Shown one piece after another: positions 9,630 to 22,486 of a stretch of DNA of 64,000 nt. Below the pieces are notes generated by a model that was given only the letters and a program-made list of their open reading frames with translations, was not told the DNA's origin and did no database searches. The stretch comes from an uncultured candidatus Porisulfidus sp. (lineage in GTDB: Bacteria; Pseudomonadota; Gammaproteobacteria; Poriferisulfidales; Poriferisulfidaceae). The translations under genes and the position numbers were made by a program. Positions within the stretch are counted from its first letter, which is position 1; every line of letters starts with the position of its first letter. The stretch is from the NCBI GenBank assembly GCA_965204575.1, contig OZ241993.1, positions 192,001-256,000 on the forward strand, written 5' to 3'.

Positions 9630-10753
9630 GCCATCGCTCCTGAAGCTGCTGTCTGTGACCCATGCACCGGAATGGCGCGATTAATCCACGGCCTGTGTCC
9701 GCGGGACCTTTGAATATTGCCCGCCAATTGGCCGCAGGCCGCCGCAATGTCATCGCCCCGGGGGCGGCGGGTGGTCGCCACCATGCCTTCTTCGCACAGG
9801 ATCTCGCGGAATCGGCTGCGTACAGGTTCGGGCGATGCAGCATAGCCGCTACCCGGAAAGGCATTGAATGGAATCAGGTTGACCTTGCAGGGCAGGCCAC
9901 GGAGCCTCTGCGCCAAAGCCTGCGCGCATTCAGGGTGATCATTGACGCCATCCAGTAGTACGTACTCAATGATGATCTTGTGCTTGCGTGCACGCCCCGA
10001 GGCGTAACGCTGGCAAGCCGCCAACAGGTCGTCAATCGGGTAGCGGGCATTGATTGGCATCAGTTGCGTGCGCAATGCATCATCCGGGGCATGCAGTGAT
10101 ACCGCGAGGCTGACGTCGGCGACCCGCCGAAGGCGGTCGATGCCTGGAACCAGCCCGGCAGTGCTGACCGTGACCTGGCGACGCCCCAAAGAATGAGCAT
10201 GGCTGTCCCGAAACAAGTCCGCCGCACTGGCAACCGCATCAAGATTCGCCAGCGGTTCTCCCATACCCATAAACACGACATGCGTGACCGGGATATCCGG
10301 CTGCAGACGATGCCGGACTAGCCACAACTGGGAGACGATTTCGTGTGCCGAAAGATTGCGTTCAAACCCGCTGCGTGCGGTTCGGCAAAACGTGCAACCG
10401 AGCGCACAGCCAGCCTGCGAGGATAGGCACAGGGTGGCACGCCCCCGTGCAGGAATCAGTACCATTTCGATGACGTTGCCACAAGTCAGGCGTAGCAACC
10501 ATTTGCGCGTCCCGTCCCGGGCACGGTTGGACTCAACGACATCCGGCAATGTGCATTCGGTCCGCCCGCGCAAGGCGGAACGTACAGTCTGGGGAATCGA
10601 ATCTATCCGTTCCGGATCCACTTTCCCATCGCGATGAATCCCACGAATCAGGGATCCTGCGTGAACCGGCGAACAGCCCCGGTCCGTCAGCCAGTCCGCC
10701 CACTGCTTCCGACTCCACCCGAGTAGGGGGATTTGACCGGGCGCGGAGTTCAT
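9626..10753 (-). CDS. rlmN: 23S rRNA/tRNA methyltransferase RlmN
   Basis: Radical [31 protein letters not shown]. Confidence 0.95.
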   Translation of the reverse strand: MNSAPGQIPLLGWSRKQWADWLTDRGCSPVHAGSLIRGIHRDGKVDPERIDSIPQTVRSALRGRTECTLPDVVESNRARDGTRKWLLRLTCGNVIEMVLIPARGRATLCLSSQAGCALGCTFCRTARSGFERNLSAHEIVSQLWLVRHRLQPDIPVTHVVFMGMGEPLANLDAVASAADLFRDSHAHSLGRRQVTVSTAGLVPGIDRLRRVADVSLAVSLHAPDDALRTQLMPINARYPIDDLLAACQRYASGRARKHKIIIEYVLLDGVNDHPECAQALAQRLRGLPCKVNLIPFNAFPGSGYAASPEPVRSRFREILCEEGMVATTRRPRGDDIAAACGQLAGNIQRSRGHRPWINRAIPVHGSQTAASGAMA

Positions 10754-11181
10754 CGCGATCGAGGACAAATCTCCTCGGGACTGAAGAAAAAGTCGATTTC
10801 CGTGCGCGCGGTGTCCGGACCGTCCGAGCCGTGTACGGCATTTTCATCAACCTGGGACGCAAAGTCGGCTCGAATCGTACCCGGAGCAGCCTGGGCCGGG
10901 TCGGTTGCACCCATCACTTCCCGGTTACATGTAATCGCATTCTCTCCCTCTAGAACCTGCACCATGACGGGGCCGGAGGTCATGAATTCGACCAGATCAG
11001 CATAAAACGGGCGCTCCCGGTGCACTGCATAAAACGCCTCGGCCTGTTCCCGGGAAAGGTGCATCATGCGGGCAGCGACGATACGCAGTCCCGCTGCCTC
11101 GAAACGCTGATAGATAGAGCCGATGTGGTTGTTGCCGACCGCGTCCGGCTTGACGATGGAGAGGGTCTGTTCTACGGCCAT
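10750..11181 (-). CDS. ndk: Nucleoside diphosphate kinase
   Basis: [25 protein letters not shown]. Confidence 0.98.
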   Translation of the reverse strand: MAVEQTLSIVKPDAVGNNHIGSIYQRFEAAGLRIVAARMMHLSREQAEAFYAVHRERPFYADLVEFMTSGPVMVQVLEGENAITCNREVMGATDPAQAAPGTIRADFASQVDENAVHGSDGPDTARTEIDFFFSPEEICPRSR

Positions 11182-11327
11182 GGTCCTTCCTTGACCCGGG
11201 ATGCCCGGAATCGTGATTAATCTTGAATTTGTGAGCAGATAACTAAACGGATTATTGTAACGAATTCGTATTTTGGCTTCACAGCGTGTTCGCTAAGATC
11301 AGCTTCTACCTTGGATCGAAATCCGGC

Positions 11328-11358
11328 AAAAAGAAGGGCCCCGAAAAACGGGGCCCCT
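11328..11358 (-). terminator. Rho-independent terminator of groESL
   Basis: Minus strand GGGCCCCG-TTTTT-CGGGGCCC followed by TTCTTTTT, just after the groL stop. Confidence 0.85.
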
Positions 11359-11383
11359 CGAATACAACGGTGCAACCGTGTGA

Positions 11384-13051
<1,668 letters not shown>

Positions 13052-13094
13052 TTAAAAAATTTAGAAATTAGGATTCAATTGTCGGATGGACGAA

Positions 13095-13385
13095 TCAGTC
13101 CTCGATCACAGCCATGATGTCGTCTTCACGCATCACCACCAGTTCATCGCCGTCCAACTTGCATTCGGTTCCAGAGTACTTGCCGAACAGGACACTGTCG
13201 CCAACCTTGACGCCCATCGCCTGAGTCTCTCCATTGTCAAGAACCTTCCCGGGACCCACCGCGAGCACTTCGCCGCGAACTGGTTTTTCCGCAGCACTAT
13301 CCGGGATGACAATACCTCCGGGACTGGTGCGCTCTTCTTCAAGTCGCTTGATCACGACACGGTCATGTAAGGGTCGAAGTTTCAT
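13095..13385 (-). CDS. groS: Co-chaperonin GroES
   Basis: [21 protein letters not shown]. Confidence 0.99.
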   Translation of the reverse strand: MKLRPLHDRVVIKRLEEERTSPGGIVIPDSAAEKPVRGEVLAVGPGKVLDNGETQAMGVKVGDSVLFGKYSGTECKLDGDELVVMREDDIMAVIED

Positions 13386-13474
13386 CGAAAACTCCTAATC
13401 ATTCAATTAATCAATTATTTATGTGGTCATGACGGCAGTGAAACCTGTTCTTTGCCGCCTTTATCACCACCCAT

Positions 13475-13505
13475 ATATGGGGGCGCAAAATTATACAACA
13501 AGGGG
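13475..13505 (-). promoter_or_regulatory. Sigma-32 heat-shock promoter of groESL
   Basis: Minus strand CCCCTTGTT-14 nt-CCCCATAT versus consensus CTTGAA-N13-17-CCCCATnT. Confidence 0.7.
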
Positions 13506-13554
13506 CAAACCTAATAGAATACGTTCTTTCAATTCGAGTACCTTTTCTTCGGCT

Positions 13555-15123
13555 ATGCACTCCGCCGATTCTCTACCCATTCGTCGCGCACTCCTGAGCG
13601 TTTCGGACAAAACCGGCATTGCCGACCTTGCCCGAGCATTGGCCAAGAATGGCGTTGAACTGATCTCCACTGGCGGCACGGCTGCGATACTTCGCGAATC
13701 GGGTTTGACGATTCGTGAGGTCTCCGAATTGACCGGCTTCCCGGAGATCATGGACGGGCGGGTCAAGACTCTCCACCCCAAAGTGCACGGAGCCTTGTTG
13801 GCACGAGGCGAACAGGACCTTGATGTGTGCGCCCTGCATGGCATTGAGCCTATTGATCTTCTGGTGGTCAACCTTTATCCATTTGCGCAAACGGTCGCGA
13901 AGCCGGATTGCGACTTCCAGGAAGCGATCGAAAATATTGATATCGGCGGCCCCGCCATGTTGCGCGGCGCGGCCAAAAACCATGCGCATTGCTGCGTCGT
14001 GATTGACCCTTCCGACTATGCCGGCATTGCCGAGATCGTGAGCGCCGGAGAAGGTGTTAGCGAAGAGACCCGATTTGAGCTTGCCGTCAAGGCCTTTTCG
14101 CATGTCGCAGCCTACGATTCCGACATTACGTATTACCTCGGGCATCAACTTGAGCCGGACAATTTTTTCGGGCAGGACATGCATCTGTCTCTGAAACGTC
14201 AATCCATACTGCGATATGGCGAGAATCCGCATCAACAAGCGGCACTCTACAGTTTTGAGAATCCTCCACCAGGCTCCCTGACCGCTGCCACGCTTCACCA
14301 GGGGCAAGAACTCTCATACAACAATCTTCTTGATACGGATGCAGCTTGGGAATGTGTTCAGGCATTCGAAAAACCCGCCTGCGTCATCGTCAAGCACGCC
14401 AACCCCTGTGGCGTAGCGGAAGCGCGCAATATTGAGGCCGCCTACGAAGGTGCTTACCGTACTGACCCGACTTCGGCATTTGGCGGGATTATCGCGTTCA
14501 ATCGGACCGTATCCGGCCCCCTCGCCCAGACCATCATCGAACGGCAATTCGTGGAAGTGCTGATCGCGCCCAGTTTCCGGAAAAATGCATTGCAGGTCCT
14601 GGCCAAGAAACCTAAAGTGCGGGTACTTTCCGCAGGTACCCCCCAGTCGGGTAAGCAGTGTGCAACCGTGCGTAGCATCAGTGGCGGGCTACTTGGGCAA
14701 ACCCCGGACCACGCGCTTCTTGACGCTAAGGCGCTGCGCGTGGTGACCAAACGCCCTCCAACCGAAAATGAACACCAAGACCTTCTGTTTGCCTGGAAAG
14801 TCGCCAAGTTTGTCAAGTCCAACGCCATTGTCTACGCACGCGACCGATGCACCGTCGGAGTTGGTGCGGGACAGATGAGCCGGATCTATTCTGCGCGAAT
14901 CGCTACCATCAAGGCTGCCGATGAAAACCTTTCGCTAGATGGCGCCGTGATGGCTTCGGATGCATTCTTCCCGTTTCGAGATGGGGTTGATGCCGCCCAC
15001 GAAGCCGGCATTACGGCAGTTATCCAGCCAGGCGGCAGCATGAGAGACGATGAAGTCATTGCCGCGGCCGATGAACACGACATGGCAATGATGTTCACAG
15101 GAATGCGTCATTTCCGGCACTAG
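13555..15123 (+). CDS. purH: Bifunctional AICAR transformylase/IMP cyclohydrolase
   Basis: [41 protein letters not shown]. Confidence 0.98.
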   Translation: MHSADSLPIRRALLSVSDKTGIADLARALAKNGVELISTGGTAAILRESGLTIREVSELTGFPEIMDGRVKTLHPKVHGALLARGEQDLDVCALHGIEPIDLLVVNLYPFAQTVAKPDCDFQEAIENIDIGGPAMLRGAAKNHAHCCVVIDPSDYAGIAEIVSAGEGVSEETRFELAVKAFSHVAAYDSDITYYLGHQLEPDNFFGQDMHLSLKRQSILRYGENPHQQAALYSFENPPPGSLTAATLHQGQELSYNNLLDTDAAWECVQAFEKPACVIVKHANPCGVAEARNIEAAYEGAYRTDPTSAFGGIIAFNRTVSGPLAQTIIERQFVEVLIAPSFRKNALQVLAKKPKVRVLSAGTPQSGKQCATVRSISGGLLGQTPDHALLDAKALRVVTKRPPTENEHQDLLFAWKVAKFVKSNAIVYARDRCTVGVGAGQMSRIYSARIATIKAADENLSLDGAVMASDAFFPFRDGVDAAHEAGITAVIQPGGSMRDDEVIAAADEHDMAMMFTGMRHFRH

Positions 15124-15194
15124 TCTCGCTAGTACCACATAGTCCAAAAAACACTCAGGACAGAACGTCCGTCACTGGATAGCCTGAAAACTCC

Positions 15195-15710
15195 TTAGCG
15201 ATTGAACGGCAACTTGGCCAGCATCATGGCCATCCCGCAGGAACCGGTGGCGCCGGAAAACAGTAGGCCTGCTCCGATGAAGCCGGACAATCCGAAAAAT
15301 CCGGGGTGAACCCATACTCCCAGAATGACGCCCAGTAGAACCAGGCTGCCCGCCACAATCTGGACCTGGCGCATGATTTCGATCGGGGCCCCGGAATCCG
15401 AAGCAACCGGATAACCCGCTTTCTTCCAGGCCACAATGCCCCCTTTCAGGACATACGTCTCGGGGTAGCCGACGGCTGCAAGTTGGTCCGCATGAACTTG
15501 CGTGCGGCGACCGCTGCGGCAATGGAAAATCCCGATTTTCTGATGCGGCTCGGCTTTCAGACCCGCTTCCAGCCCGGTCAAAGGGATCCACCGCGCCTCC
15601 GGAATCCTCATCTGGCCCCGCTCTCCGGAATCTCGGATATCAATCAACTCGGCACGGCCTTCATCCAGCCAGCGCCGGGCTTCGCTTGCCTTGATTTCCT
15701 GAACTTCCAC
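15195..15710 (-). CDS. Rhodanese domain plus DUF2892 membrane protein (YgaP-like)
   Basis: LIDIRD, FHCRSGRRT active loop, RQVQIVAGSL...G.CGMA; GTG start with AGGAGG RBS. Confidence 0.85.
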   Translation of the reverse strand: MEVQEIKASEARRWLDEGRAELIDIRDSGERGQMRIPEARWIPLTGLEAGLKAEPHQKIGIFHCRSGRRTQVHADQLAAVGYPETYVLKGGIVAWKKAGYPVASDSGAPIEIMRQVQIVAGSLVLLGVILGVWVHPGFFGLSGFIGAGLLFSGATGSCGMAMMLAKLPFNR

Positions 15711-15837
15711 TATCTGCCTCCTGCACAGGAGTCTTGTAATTCTACACCTCTTGAACCGCAGGTTCCCGGGCTCCCAGTTAGGCAGCACCGCCTTGGTCGC
15801 GGCTCGCTTTCAATCCCGAGTCAAAAGTCACTCCCTC

Positions 15838-16251
15838 TCATAAATGCATCATGACACCCAATATTCCCGCGAGCGAAGTGACACACACCCCTCCTCCGAT
15901 CAGGAGATATCGATAAAGCTGGGAAAATTGGTTGGCTATTTTGGCGTCTAAATCCTTTATATCCGTTTTCAACTCTACCTTCAATTCAGCCATATCTGTT
16001 TTTAGTTCTGCCTTCAACTTGGCCATCTCTTCCCTCAACTCCGCTTTCAGTGCAGCCGTGGTGGAAAGTAGGCTTGCCTCCGTGGCAAGTTCACGTTGCG
16101 CATCGCGTACCACTCCAACGATGGCACTCGCCGGCCTTCGCTCGATGCCCGCTTTCGTCAGCGTATTCACAGCAGCCATCGTATCAAATCCAGGCGGCGA
16201 TGCCGGCTTCTTTGCCGCAGCCGAAGCCGCCTTGGCATGGGGTTCCTTCAT
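15838..16251 (-). CDS. DUF1640/CCDC90-like coiled-coil, C-terminally anchored protein (paralog 1)
   Basis: FDT...L.KAG...ASAIV...LAT motif, LKAELxxxMAx repeats, C-terminal TM; GAGGAGG RBS. Confidence 0.7.
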   Translation of the reverse strand: MKEPHAKAASAAAKKPASPPGFDTMAAVNTLTKAGIERRPASAIVGVVRDAQRELATEASLLSTTAALKAELREEMAKLKAELKTDMAELKVELKTDIKDLDAKIANQFSQLYRYLLIGGGVCVTSLAGILGVMMHL

Positions 16252-16420
16252 GAATTCCTCCTCATTTCAAAAAAACGATTGCGATCCGAAACCAGCCTTT
16301 CGATCGGAGATCGAATTCGCGTTCTTGGCTCGGAGGACGCCCGGCTCTCTGCAACCGTATCTCCTCTTTTGGGGTCCCGAAACCAGATCGCATGCGTCTT
16401 TCATGCCGTCCAAACCTATG

Positions 16421-17992
16421 TCAGCGTTTCATGTTCCGCGCCATTCCCAAGGCACTGACTCGACCGGCATTTCCGACACCCGTCGGGTCCGAGGAAGGCC
16501 CCAGAGCGTCCAGCCCGCGCATGGCGGCATTCCCTGCCGCATAGATCACCCACAACATCCCCAGAGGCAGTAGCATGTGCAACGCCATCGTGCCGTAACC
16601 GAGCGCGATTCGGTCCACTTCCCAGCGTCCGGCGTCCCCAAGTTTCATGCCAGGATACATCGCGTCAATCAACGCATCGTCGAGAAAGTTCGATATTCCA
16701 AACATCATTGAGAACAACCGAACTGCCACGATCATGACCATGATCCGAAGGGCTGCCGTCAGGCTGTAAAACGTCAGGAACAAGTACGCCCCCAGCAGCA
16801 TGTATAGCACCATCAATATCAAACTTTGTGCCATCGGTGCAATGCGCCGCATGATGTGCAACCGGGCGTACAGCCCCAAGGCCTCGGATCCGACGAAAGC
16901 CGTCGCGCCGACCGCGGTCGACAATGTAAATGCCGCCAAACTTCCGCTTGCCGCCCAAGCGGCGAGGCCACTGGCAATTCCGGAACCCGCCGCGAATGCT
17001 GCCAGGCCCGCCAATATTTCGTTATCTGGCCCACCGATGCCGTAGCGGCGCGGACCATTGAGAATGGTATTGCGGACCATTTGCTCTTCGATGAAATCCC
17101 GGCTGTAGGTTCCTTTCGTGAAATTCGCAATCCCGTCCATGTCCGGCACAAAACGCACGAGAAGCTTCATCAATCCTTCATTCCGGTTGTTGCCAAGCCA
17201 CCAGTCCCGGCAAACTGGCAGCTGACGGTCCCCTTTCCAGCGCTTGACTTCAGTGCGGGGCCTGGGGTAGGGATCAAACGAACAGGGGCCCTGCTCCGCG
17301 ACTGCACTGCACAACGCGTAATAGCCGGGCTTTTCCAGGAAATAGCGGTTCCCCGGATACTCGGCATCTTTGCGCGACACGATTTCTTCTGAAGGCTGGA
17401 AAATTTCGTACTTCCGCCAAGCCGGCACGAAGCATTGGCTGGCAAAATGGTCGAACTCCTGGCGGATGCCGGGATCCTTGATGAAAGCATGGCGAGTACG
17501 GAACGCGAGACCAGAATAATCCTGAAAACACGGTAGATGCCCTAGCACGGCTTGAGTGATGCCGCCACTAATCGACAGCACGACGGCCCAGAACATCGGG
17601 ATCCTGGGGTGCTCTTCGTGGAAACGTGCCAGCCGGGTGGTGTCGTATGTGGTGTCGGTGTCCCCGTACGTATGGGTCGCATCCCCAAGCTGACAGACCG
17701 GCGTGTATTCGATGGAATTCGGTTCAACCTTGACGTAAGGCACCACCATGAAAATGAAGACCACCAATGCAACCGGGAGGTCTACCCGCATCTGGCTGAC
17801 GGACCCACCGCTATTGGGGAAAATATTTTCGGTGCTAAGTGGAACGATGAAATTGCGAACGATGACGACCAGGAACGGAATCAGCAACAGGTTCAGATCA
17901 TCGGCCAACTCGAACAACAATTCGTACATGCTCCACCCGAACATGGTCAGGTAGACTTCGATATAACTGAATGTCGGAATTGTCGCGTACAT
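16421..17992 (-). CDS. Conjugal transfer TraG N-terminal domain protein (VirB6-like, MPF_G)
   Basis: SYIEVYLTMFGW N-terminus, IPMFWAVV, FASQCF, CRDWW, several C-terminal TMs; terminal position in the operon. Confidence 0.8.
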   Translation of the reverse strand: MYATIPTFSYIEVYLTMFGWSMYELLFELADDLNLLLIPFLVVIVRNFIVPLSTENIFPNSGGSVSQMRVDLPVALVVFIFMVVPYVKVEPNSIEYTPVCQLGDATHTYGDTDTTYDTTRLARFHEEHPRIPMFWAVVLSISGGITQAVLGHLPCFQDYSGLAFRTRHAFIKDPGIRQEFDHFASQCFVPAWRKYEIFQPSEEIVSRKDAEYPGNRYFLEKPGYYALCSAVAEQGPCSFDPYPRPRTEVKRWKGDRQLPVCRDWWLGNNRNEGLMKLLVRFVPDMDGIANFTKGTYSRDFIEEQMVRNTILNGPRRYGIGGPDNEILAGLAAFAAGSGIASGLAAWAASGSLAAFTLSTAVGATAFVGSEALGLYARLHIMRRIAPMAQSLILMVLYMLLGAYLFLTFYSLTAALRIMVMIVAVRLFSMMFGISNFLDDALIDAMYPGMKLGDAGRWEVDRIALGYGTMALHMLLPLGMLWVIYAAGNAAMRGLDALGPSSDPTGVGNAGRVSALGMARNMKR

Positions 17993-17997
17993 GCCAG

Positions 17998-18369
17998 TCA
18001 ATCCAGATTGCGCAACATCAGCAGGACCTCGTAAGTCGCGCATACCGTGACAACAGCGAACGTCAACTGGCGTCGCTCAAGAAGAGAGAGCGGCATATGC
18101 CCGCGCCCGGCCCGTTTTCGATTAAGCCAATTGATCAATTGCGGCCAGCGCAGGATCAGGTACAGGTAGGTGGCGCCATGCAAGCCGAGATGAAGCCAGA
18201 AGCCGTAACGTTCAAGAAATTCCCGCCACCGTGCCAGATACGCCGCCGTGCGGTTCAGGTGCTCAGGCGTTGCGGCAGCCAACTGCTGCGCGGCATAGAT
18301 GAGCGCGATGCCCAACGCGAGGATGGCTAACAACCCTCCGAGTATTCGGCGCGACCGGGAACCGGTCAT
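17998..18369 (-). CDS. Small ICE membrane protein preceding TraG_N
   Basis: Three hydrophobic segments; conserved position between PFL_4711-like gene and TraG_N. Confidence 0.6.
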   Translation of the reverse strand: MTGSRSRRILGGLLAILALGIALIYAAQQLAAATPEHLNRTAAYLARWREFLERYGFWLHLGLHGATYLYLILRWPQLINWLNRKRAGRGHMPLSLLERRQLTFAVVTVCATYEVLLMLRNLD

Positions 18370-19697
18370 TGGGGGGAATCCTCAGACAATGGAAACCCAC
18401 CGTCGATCAGCCGTGAATCAGTATCCTCGGGTGGGGTCAATCGAATCGGCTTGAGGGCGTCTCCGAGCATTTCATATTCAATAAAGGTCCGGATCGTTTC
18501 GGAAGCCAAGCGATGCGACGCCCGAACTTCGTTCAACACGAAATCCACCTCGCGGTTGACGCGCTCGAATGCCGTGTTCAGAGCCTTGCGGGCCGGAGCC
18601 AATGCCGCGACATTGGGTTCCTGGCGCCCTGCCATCAACGCCGCCCGGGCCAGGAACGTCTTTTCCACGATACGCGCGGTCGCCAGTTCCGAAGCCAAAC
18701 GCTGAATACGCCAGTCTGCGTCCGGACGAGCCTGCAGACCGTCGATCACTTCGCGACGCACTACGAGGTTCCGGCTGGAGATGTCGGCCAGGTCTTCTTC
18801 CCGCAATTCCACCGGGTCCGTCCTGACCAACCGCTCCAACACTTCTTCGATGCGTTTTCGCTCAGGTTCGATCAGGGGCAAAAGACCGTGTCCGGGAACA
18901 GTCGGGCTCGGAGCACCATCCACGAGGCTGATGGCCTGTTCTCCAGCAATATCGACCAGCCAGTTTGCTGCCTCTTCCGGAGTCTTGAACAGTGTCGCGA
19001 TTTCGGTTGCGCGTTCTGTCTTCTGGCACACGGCCGGCTCACCGTTGAGCAGGCACCATCCGGCGCGAGCGCTGTCGTATACCGGACGGATCATGTCCTG
19101 CCCGGCGCCGCCTGCACGCCGACCGCCTACCCAGGCCAGCCCTTTCTCAGGGGCGCTCTCCGCCTCTTCCTGCGCTTCCAGCACATTGCTTTCCTCGTGC
19201 GCTTGATGCCCCCATTCCAGCGACTTGGCAATCTTCGTCCAGGCCCCGGCTGGTCCTCGGTCAGCAATGCTTTTCTCCATCTCCTGGCAGGAACCCAGAG
19301 CCAATTTATAGGCTTCGCCCGCACGAATGGTGTAGTACTGCATCAGTTGGCAGGCACCTGGAAACGCCCGGCAGAACAGACCGCCCGGCAATGCCAAAAG
19401 AATTTGTTCTGGAAGCGATTTCAGGGTAGTCAACTGGTCTTCCAGCCGTTTCAGGATGTCTTGAACCTGGAAACGGAAATCGAATTTCCCGCAACTGTAC
19501 GTGGCTCCGACCTGGATATCCGGGAGCAGCTTGATGCGCAACGTCTCCCCGGGAGCCGTCGGAACCGCACGCGATCCTCCGAGCGTGTAATACAAGCCCA
19601 GTTCCTCGCTGCTCGGCAGTTTGATCTGCGCGTCGGACGCTGCCGGCAGTACTGATAGCGTCAAGCACCAAACACAGGCGCGGGTCCGGAAGATCAT
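18366..19697 (-). CDS. Integrating conjugative element protein, PFL_4711 (TIGR03755) like
   Basis: Signal peptide, LYYTLGG, SCGKFD, ALPG, SCQEME, GLAWVGG.RAGG.GQ, RLASELA, GRQEPNVA. Confidence 0.85.
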   Translation of the reverse strand: MIFRTRACVWCLTLSVLPAASDAQIKLPSSEELGLYYTLGGSRAVPTAPGETLRIKLLPDIQVGATYSCGKFDFRFQVQDILKRLEDQLTTLKSLPEQILLALPGGLFCRAFPGACQLMQYYTIRAGEAYKLALGSCQEMEKSIADRGPAGAWTKIAKSLEWGHQAHEESNVLEAQEEAESAPEKGLAWVGGRRAGGAGQDMIRPVYDSARAGWCLLNGEPAVCQKTERATEIATLFKTPEEAANWLVDIAGEQAISLVDGAPSPTVPGHGLLPLIEPERKRIEEVLERLVRTDPVELREEDLADISSRNLVVRREVIDGLQARPDADWRIQRLASELATARIVEKTFLARAALMAGRQEPNVAALAPARKALNTAFERVNREVDFVLNEVRASHRLASETIRTFIEYEMLGDALKPIRLTPPEDTDSRLIDGGFPLSEDSPQ

Positions 19698-22486
19698 GAT
19701 TCCTGCCCCCGGCGCTGATTCCGAATCGACTCGCTGATTCGATGAACCGCCTCAAGTTCCGAGCAACCGTGCTGACGCATGAGGCTCGCCCGATGAGCCT
19801 TTTCGTTCTTTTCCGTCTGGCTCAGGGCCAGCGAAAGAGCAGGCACGACATTGCGGAAAGGCGCGACCAGCTTGCTCGAAAGAACCACGCTTTCCGTGTA
19901 TTTTCCGGGTTCCTTTCGAGCGGAGAGGATCATCGCCTTCTGCTCTTCGTCGAGCCTGCGGAAGCGCCCAATCATCTCCACCTCGTCCCGCTCCATGGCC
20001 ATGCAGACCCACCATTCCGGCTGGTTTAGCAACTCGCGTGCAGTTTCCGGAATCTGCCGCAGGTTTTGGGTGGCGATCCACAGCCAGGCACCATATGTAC
20101 GCCACATCGCGGAAACCGATAGGATGTAGGGGGAGATCAAAGGATTTTTCAGGAACAGGTGCGCCTCGTCCAAGACCACCACGGTCTGTCGGGCCGAGTA
20201 CTGCTGATCCTGTACCTGATCGTTGATACGCGACAGCAGCCCGCTCATCGCCACGGCCAGCCATGCCTCATTGCGCCGATGCGCCAATGCACCCAACTCC
20301 ACCACCGTCACATCGGATTCGACCCAGGTTTCGCCTGGGCGGTTGAATATCTGCCCCGCCCGCCCAGTGCAAAATAGTTCGATGGCATTGGCCATACGGC
20401 TCAAACTGCGTCGTTGATCCTCGCTCAATCGATCATCTCGCAGGCGACCGGATTCAGCCGCCTGATGCATCAAAGTGGACAGGTCTTCAGTCAGCACCGG
20501 CTCGTCCGGATGAGCCGTCGCCGCCTGAGCGACTGCAAGCAGGGACTTCCGAATCAGGTTCAGGTCCTCGCGCACCAAGCGTTGTTCTTCTTTTGGATCT
20601 CCTCCCGTAATCATTAGCCTCGCCTGTATCTCCATTTCCCCCAGAAGGTCACGTCCGGTCTCAGGGTTCATTTCGTCGCCTTCGGATGCTCGCCCGGTCT
20701 CCAAAAGCAACCGTGCATCGGCAAACGGCGGAATGGAAGTTTGATCCCCGTTGACGTGGTTGACTGACAGGCCTTTCGACTGAAAGTGTTGCGCGAGGAG
20801 GCCAAACGTCGGCAACGCCGTGATCAGGTACAGCCGGGGACGGTGCACGGCGACCGTATGCAGCAATGTATTGATGAGAAAGGCGGTTTTCCCAGATCCG
20901 GTCGGTCCAAATACGAACAGATGCGCATTTTTAGTTCGATCCACCGAATTGAGCGGGTCAAACGACAGAGGTTCCGCACCGCGATTCCAAGCCAGTAGAC
21001 CCGGGTGCTTCGTTCCGGCCGTGCGCCCGTACACTGGAAGGCATCTCACTATGTGATCCATGAACCACAAGCGGGAACGGCGCACATAGAAGCGCCGGTC
21101 CTGAGCTGGATCGAAGTTGAATGGCAGCGCACGAACATAGGAATCCTGCGCCAAGGGATCGTCCCGGGGGGGAATCAACGCAATACCGTGAGCCATTAAG
21201 GTGGCGGACAGCTCGCGAACCCGCTGCTCCAAGGTGGGGCCGTCCACAGCCGAAACGAATACTCCACCGAACACAGGCAAGATCGGGTTCCCGTCAGACA
21301 CCTGGCGCACTGCCTCCTCTGCCAAGGTCCGGATCGCCATCGCCTGTGGGTCGCCACCGACCGCATTGCGCTTGACACGCGCGACGTGCTCCAGGATTTC
21401 GTCCTGCGTGGCAAACACCACAGCCATCATCCAGACCGTTCCTTCCGGCATCTGATCCCATAATGTCTGCTGACGGTCGCCAATTCCCCGCTCCGCAGTC
21501 AAGTGACCCACCCGGGGTTCTCCCAAAATCGCGTTGACTGTAAGGAAGCGGTGCGGCCGACCATGGAAATGCCAGCAACCATCCTTAGTCGAGGACCACG
21601 GGGCACCATGTCGCAAGGCCCGATGTGCCAGGTCTCCCAGGGCCGTTCCCTTGAGCAGGGCGAGCGGCGTTGCGACCAACGGCATCTTGGGGGAATCCGA
21701 AGCTTCCCGAGTCGGCCCGAACCAGTCACCAAGCCAACGGCAGAGATCGTCGCCGTCCAAGGGAGTCAGGCGAATGCCCACCTGGGCCAATGAATGGGCC
21801 AAACGCTCACACAGGTCGTCCAGGTGCTGTCCGTCCGGGATGCTCCCCGGCTCTTCAATGCGCCAGACACACAACCGGATGTGGCGAACTTTCCCTTTCC
21901 ATGACATTTGGCTAGCGGGATCGAAGAAAAAGCCATTCTCATCGCAGGCATCCCCGTAATGTTCGCGCAACACCTCCATCCAGTGCTTCGAGTAAACCGA
22001 GTCCCGGGCTTCCGGGTTGAGATATTCCTCGATCGTTTTGAGGTCATCACCCAAATGGTGGCGGTCATACACGAAGAATTGCGCAATCCAAGGTCGATTC
22101 TGGTTTTGCGGAAAAACATCGCGCAGCAAGGGCACGAGGCGCCGATGCAAGTCTTCGATAACGCGATCCGGTCTTCCCTCGGTCTGTGCGGGGGACACAT
22201 CGAACAAACGTCCGACGCTGCAGAGATCCTTCATCAGGATCATCCCTGATCCGAGTTCGGCTTTTGGGAACAGCAGATCTGCAAAGGACTCTGAAGCCCG
22301 AATCTCCTGCAACCCCGACCGGCTGCCCGAAATCGGCCGCTTGAACTGCGCCCGGGTCAGTGGGCGACGACCCTTTCCACTCCAGCAATGGGCTTCCGGA
22401 TCCGGCGCATGTGCCGGATCCGCTGGCAACGCCGGGCGGAGCCCGGCGAGCCAGCGGTCGAACGCATTGCGTCTGCGCTCACTCAC
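19694..22486 (-). CDS. Conjugative transfer ATPase, PFL_4706 (TIGR03744) like, VirB4/TraC
   Basis: Walker A GPTGSGKT, Walker B VVLDEAH, WNRGAEPLSFDPLN, MWRTYGAWLWIATQ, RKEPGKYTE; start placed at the GTG overlapping the upstream gene. Confidence 0.9.
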   Translation of the reverse strand: MSERRRNAFDRWLAGLRPALPADPAHAPDPEAHCWSGKGRRPLTRAQFKRPISGSRSGLQEIRASESFADLLFPKAELGSGMILMKDLCSVGRLFDVSPAQTEGRPDRVIEDLHRRLVPLLRDVFPQNQNRPWIAQFFVYDRHHLGDDLKTIEEYLNPEARDSVYSKHWMEVLREHYGDACDENGFFFDPASQMSWKGKVRHIRLCVWRIEEPGSIPDGQHLDDLCERLAHSLAQVGIRLTPLDGDDLCRWLGDWFGPTREASDSPKMPLVATPLALLKGTALGDLAHRALRHGAPWSSTKDGCWHFHGRPHRFLTVNAILGEPRVGHLTAERGIGDRQQTLWDQMPEGTVWMMAVVFATQDEILEHVARVKRNAVGGDPQAMAIRTLAEEAVRQVSDGNPILPVFGGVFVSAVDGPTLEQRVRELSATLMAHGIALIPPRDDPLAQDSYVRALPFNFDPAQDRRFYVRRSRLWFMDHIVRCLPVYGRTAGTKHPGLLAWNRGAEPLSFDPLNSVDRTKNAHLFVFGPTGSGKTAFLINTLLHTVAVHRPRLYLITALPTFGLLAQHFQSKGLSVNHVNGDQTSIPPFADARLLLETGRASEGDEMNPETGRDLLGEMEIQARLMITGGDPKEEQRLVREDLNLIRKSLLAVAQAATAHPDEPVLTEDLSTLMHQAAESGRLRDDRLSEDQRRSLSRMANAIELFCTGRAGQIFNRPGETWVESDVTVVELGALAHRRNEAWLAVAMSGLLSRINDQVQDQQYSARQTVVVLDEAHLFLKNPLISPYILSVSAMWRTYGAWLWIATQNLRQIPETARELLNQPEWWVCMAMERDEVEMIGRFRRLDEEQKAMILSARKEPGKYTESVVLSSKLVAPFRNVVPALSLALSQTEKNEKAHRASLMRQHGCSELEAVHRISESIRNQRRGQES

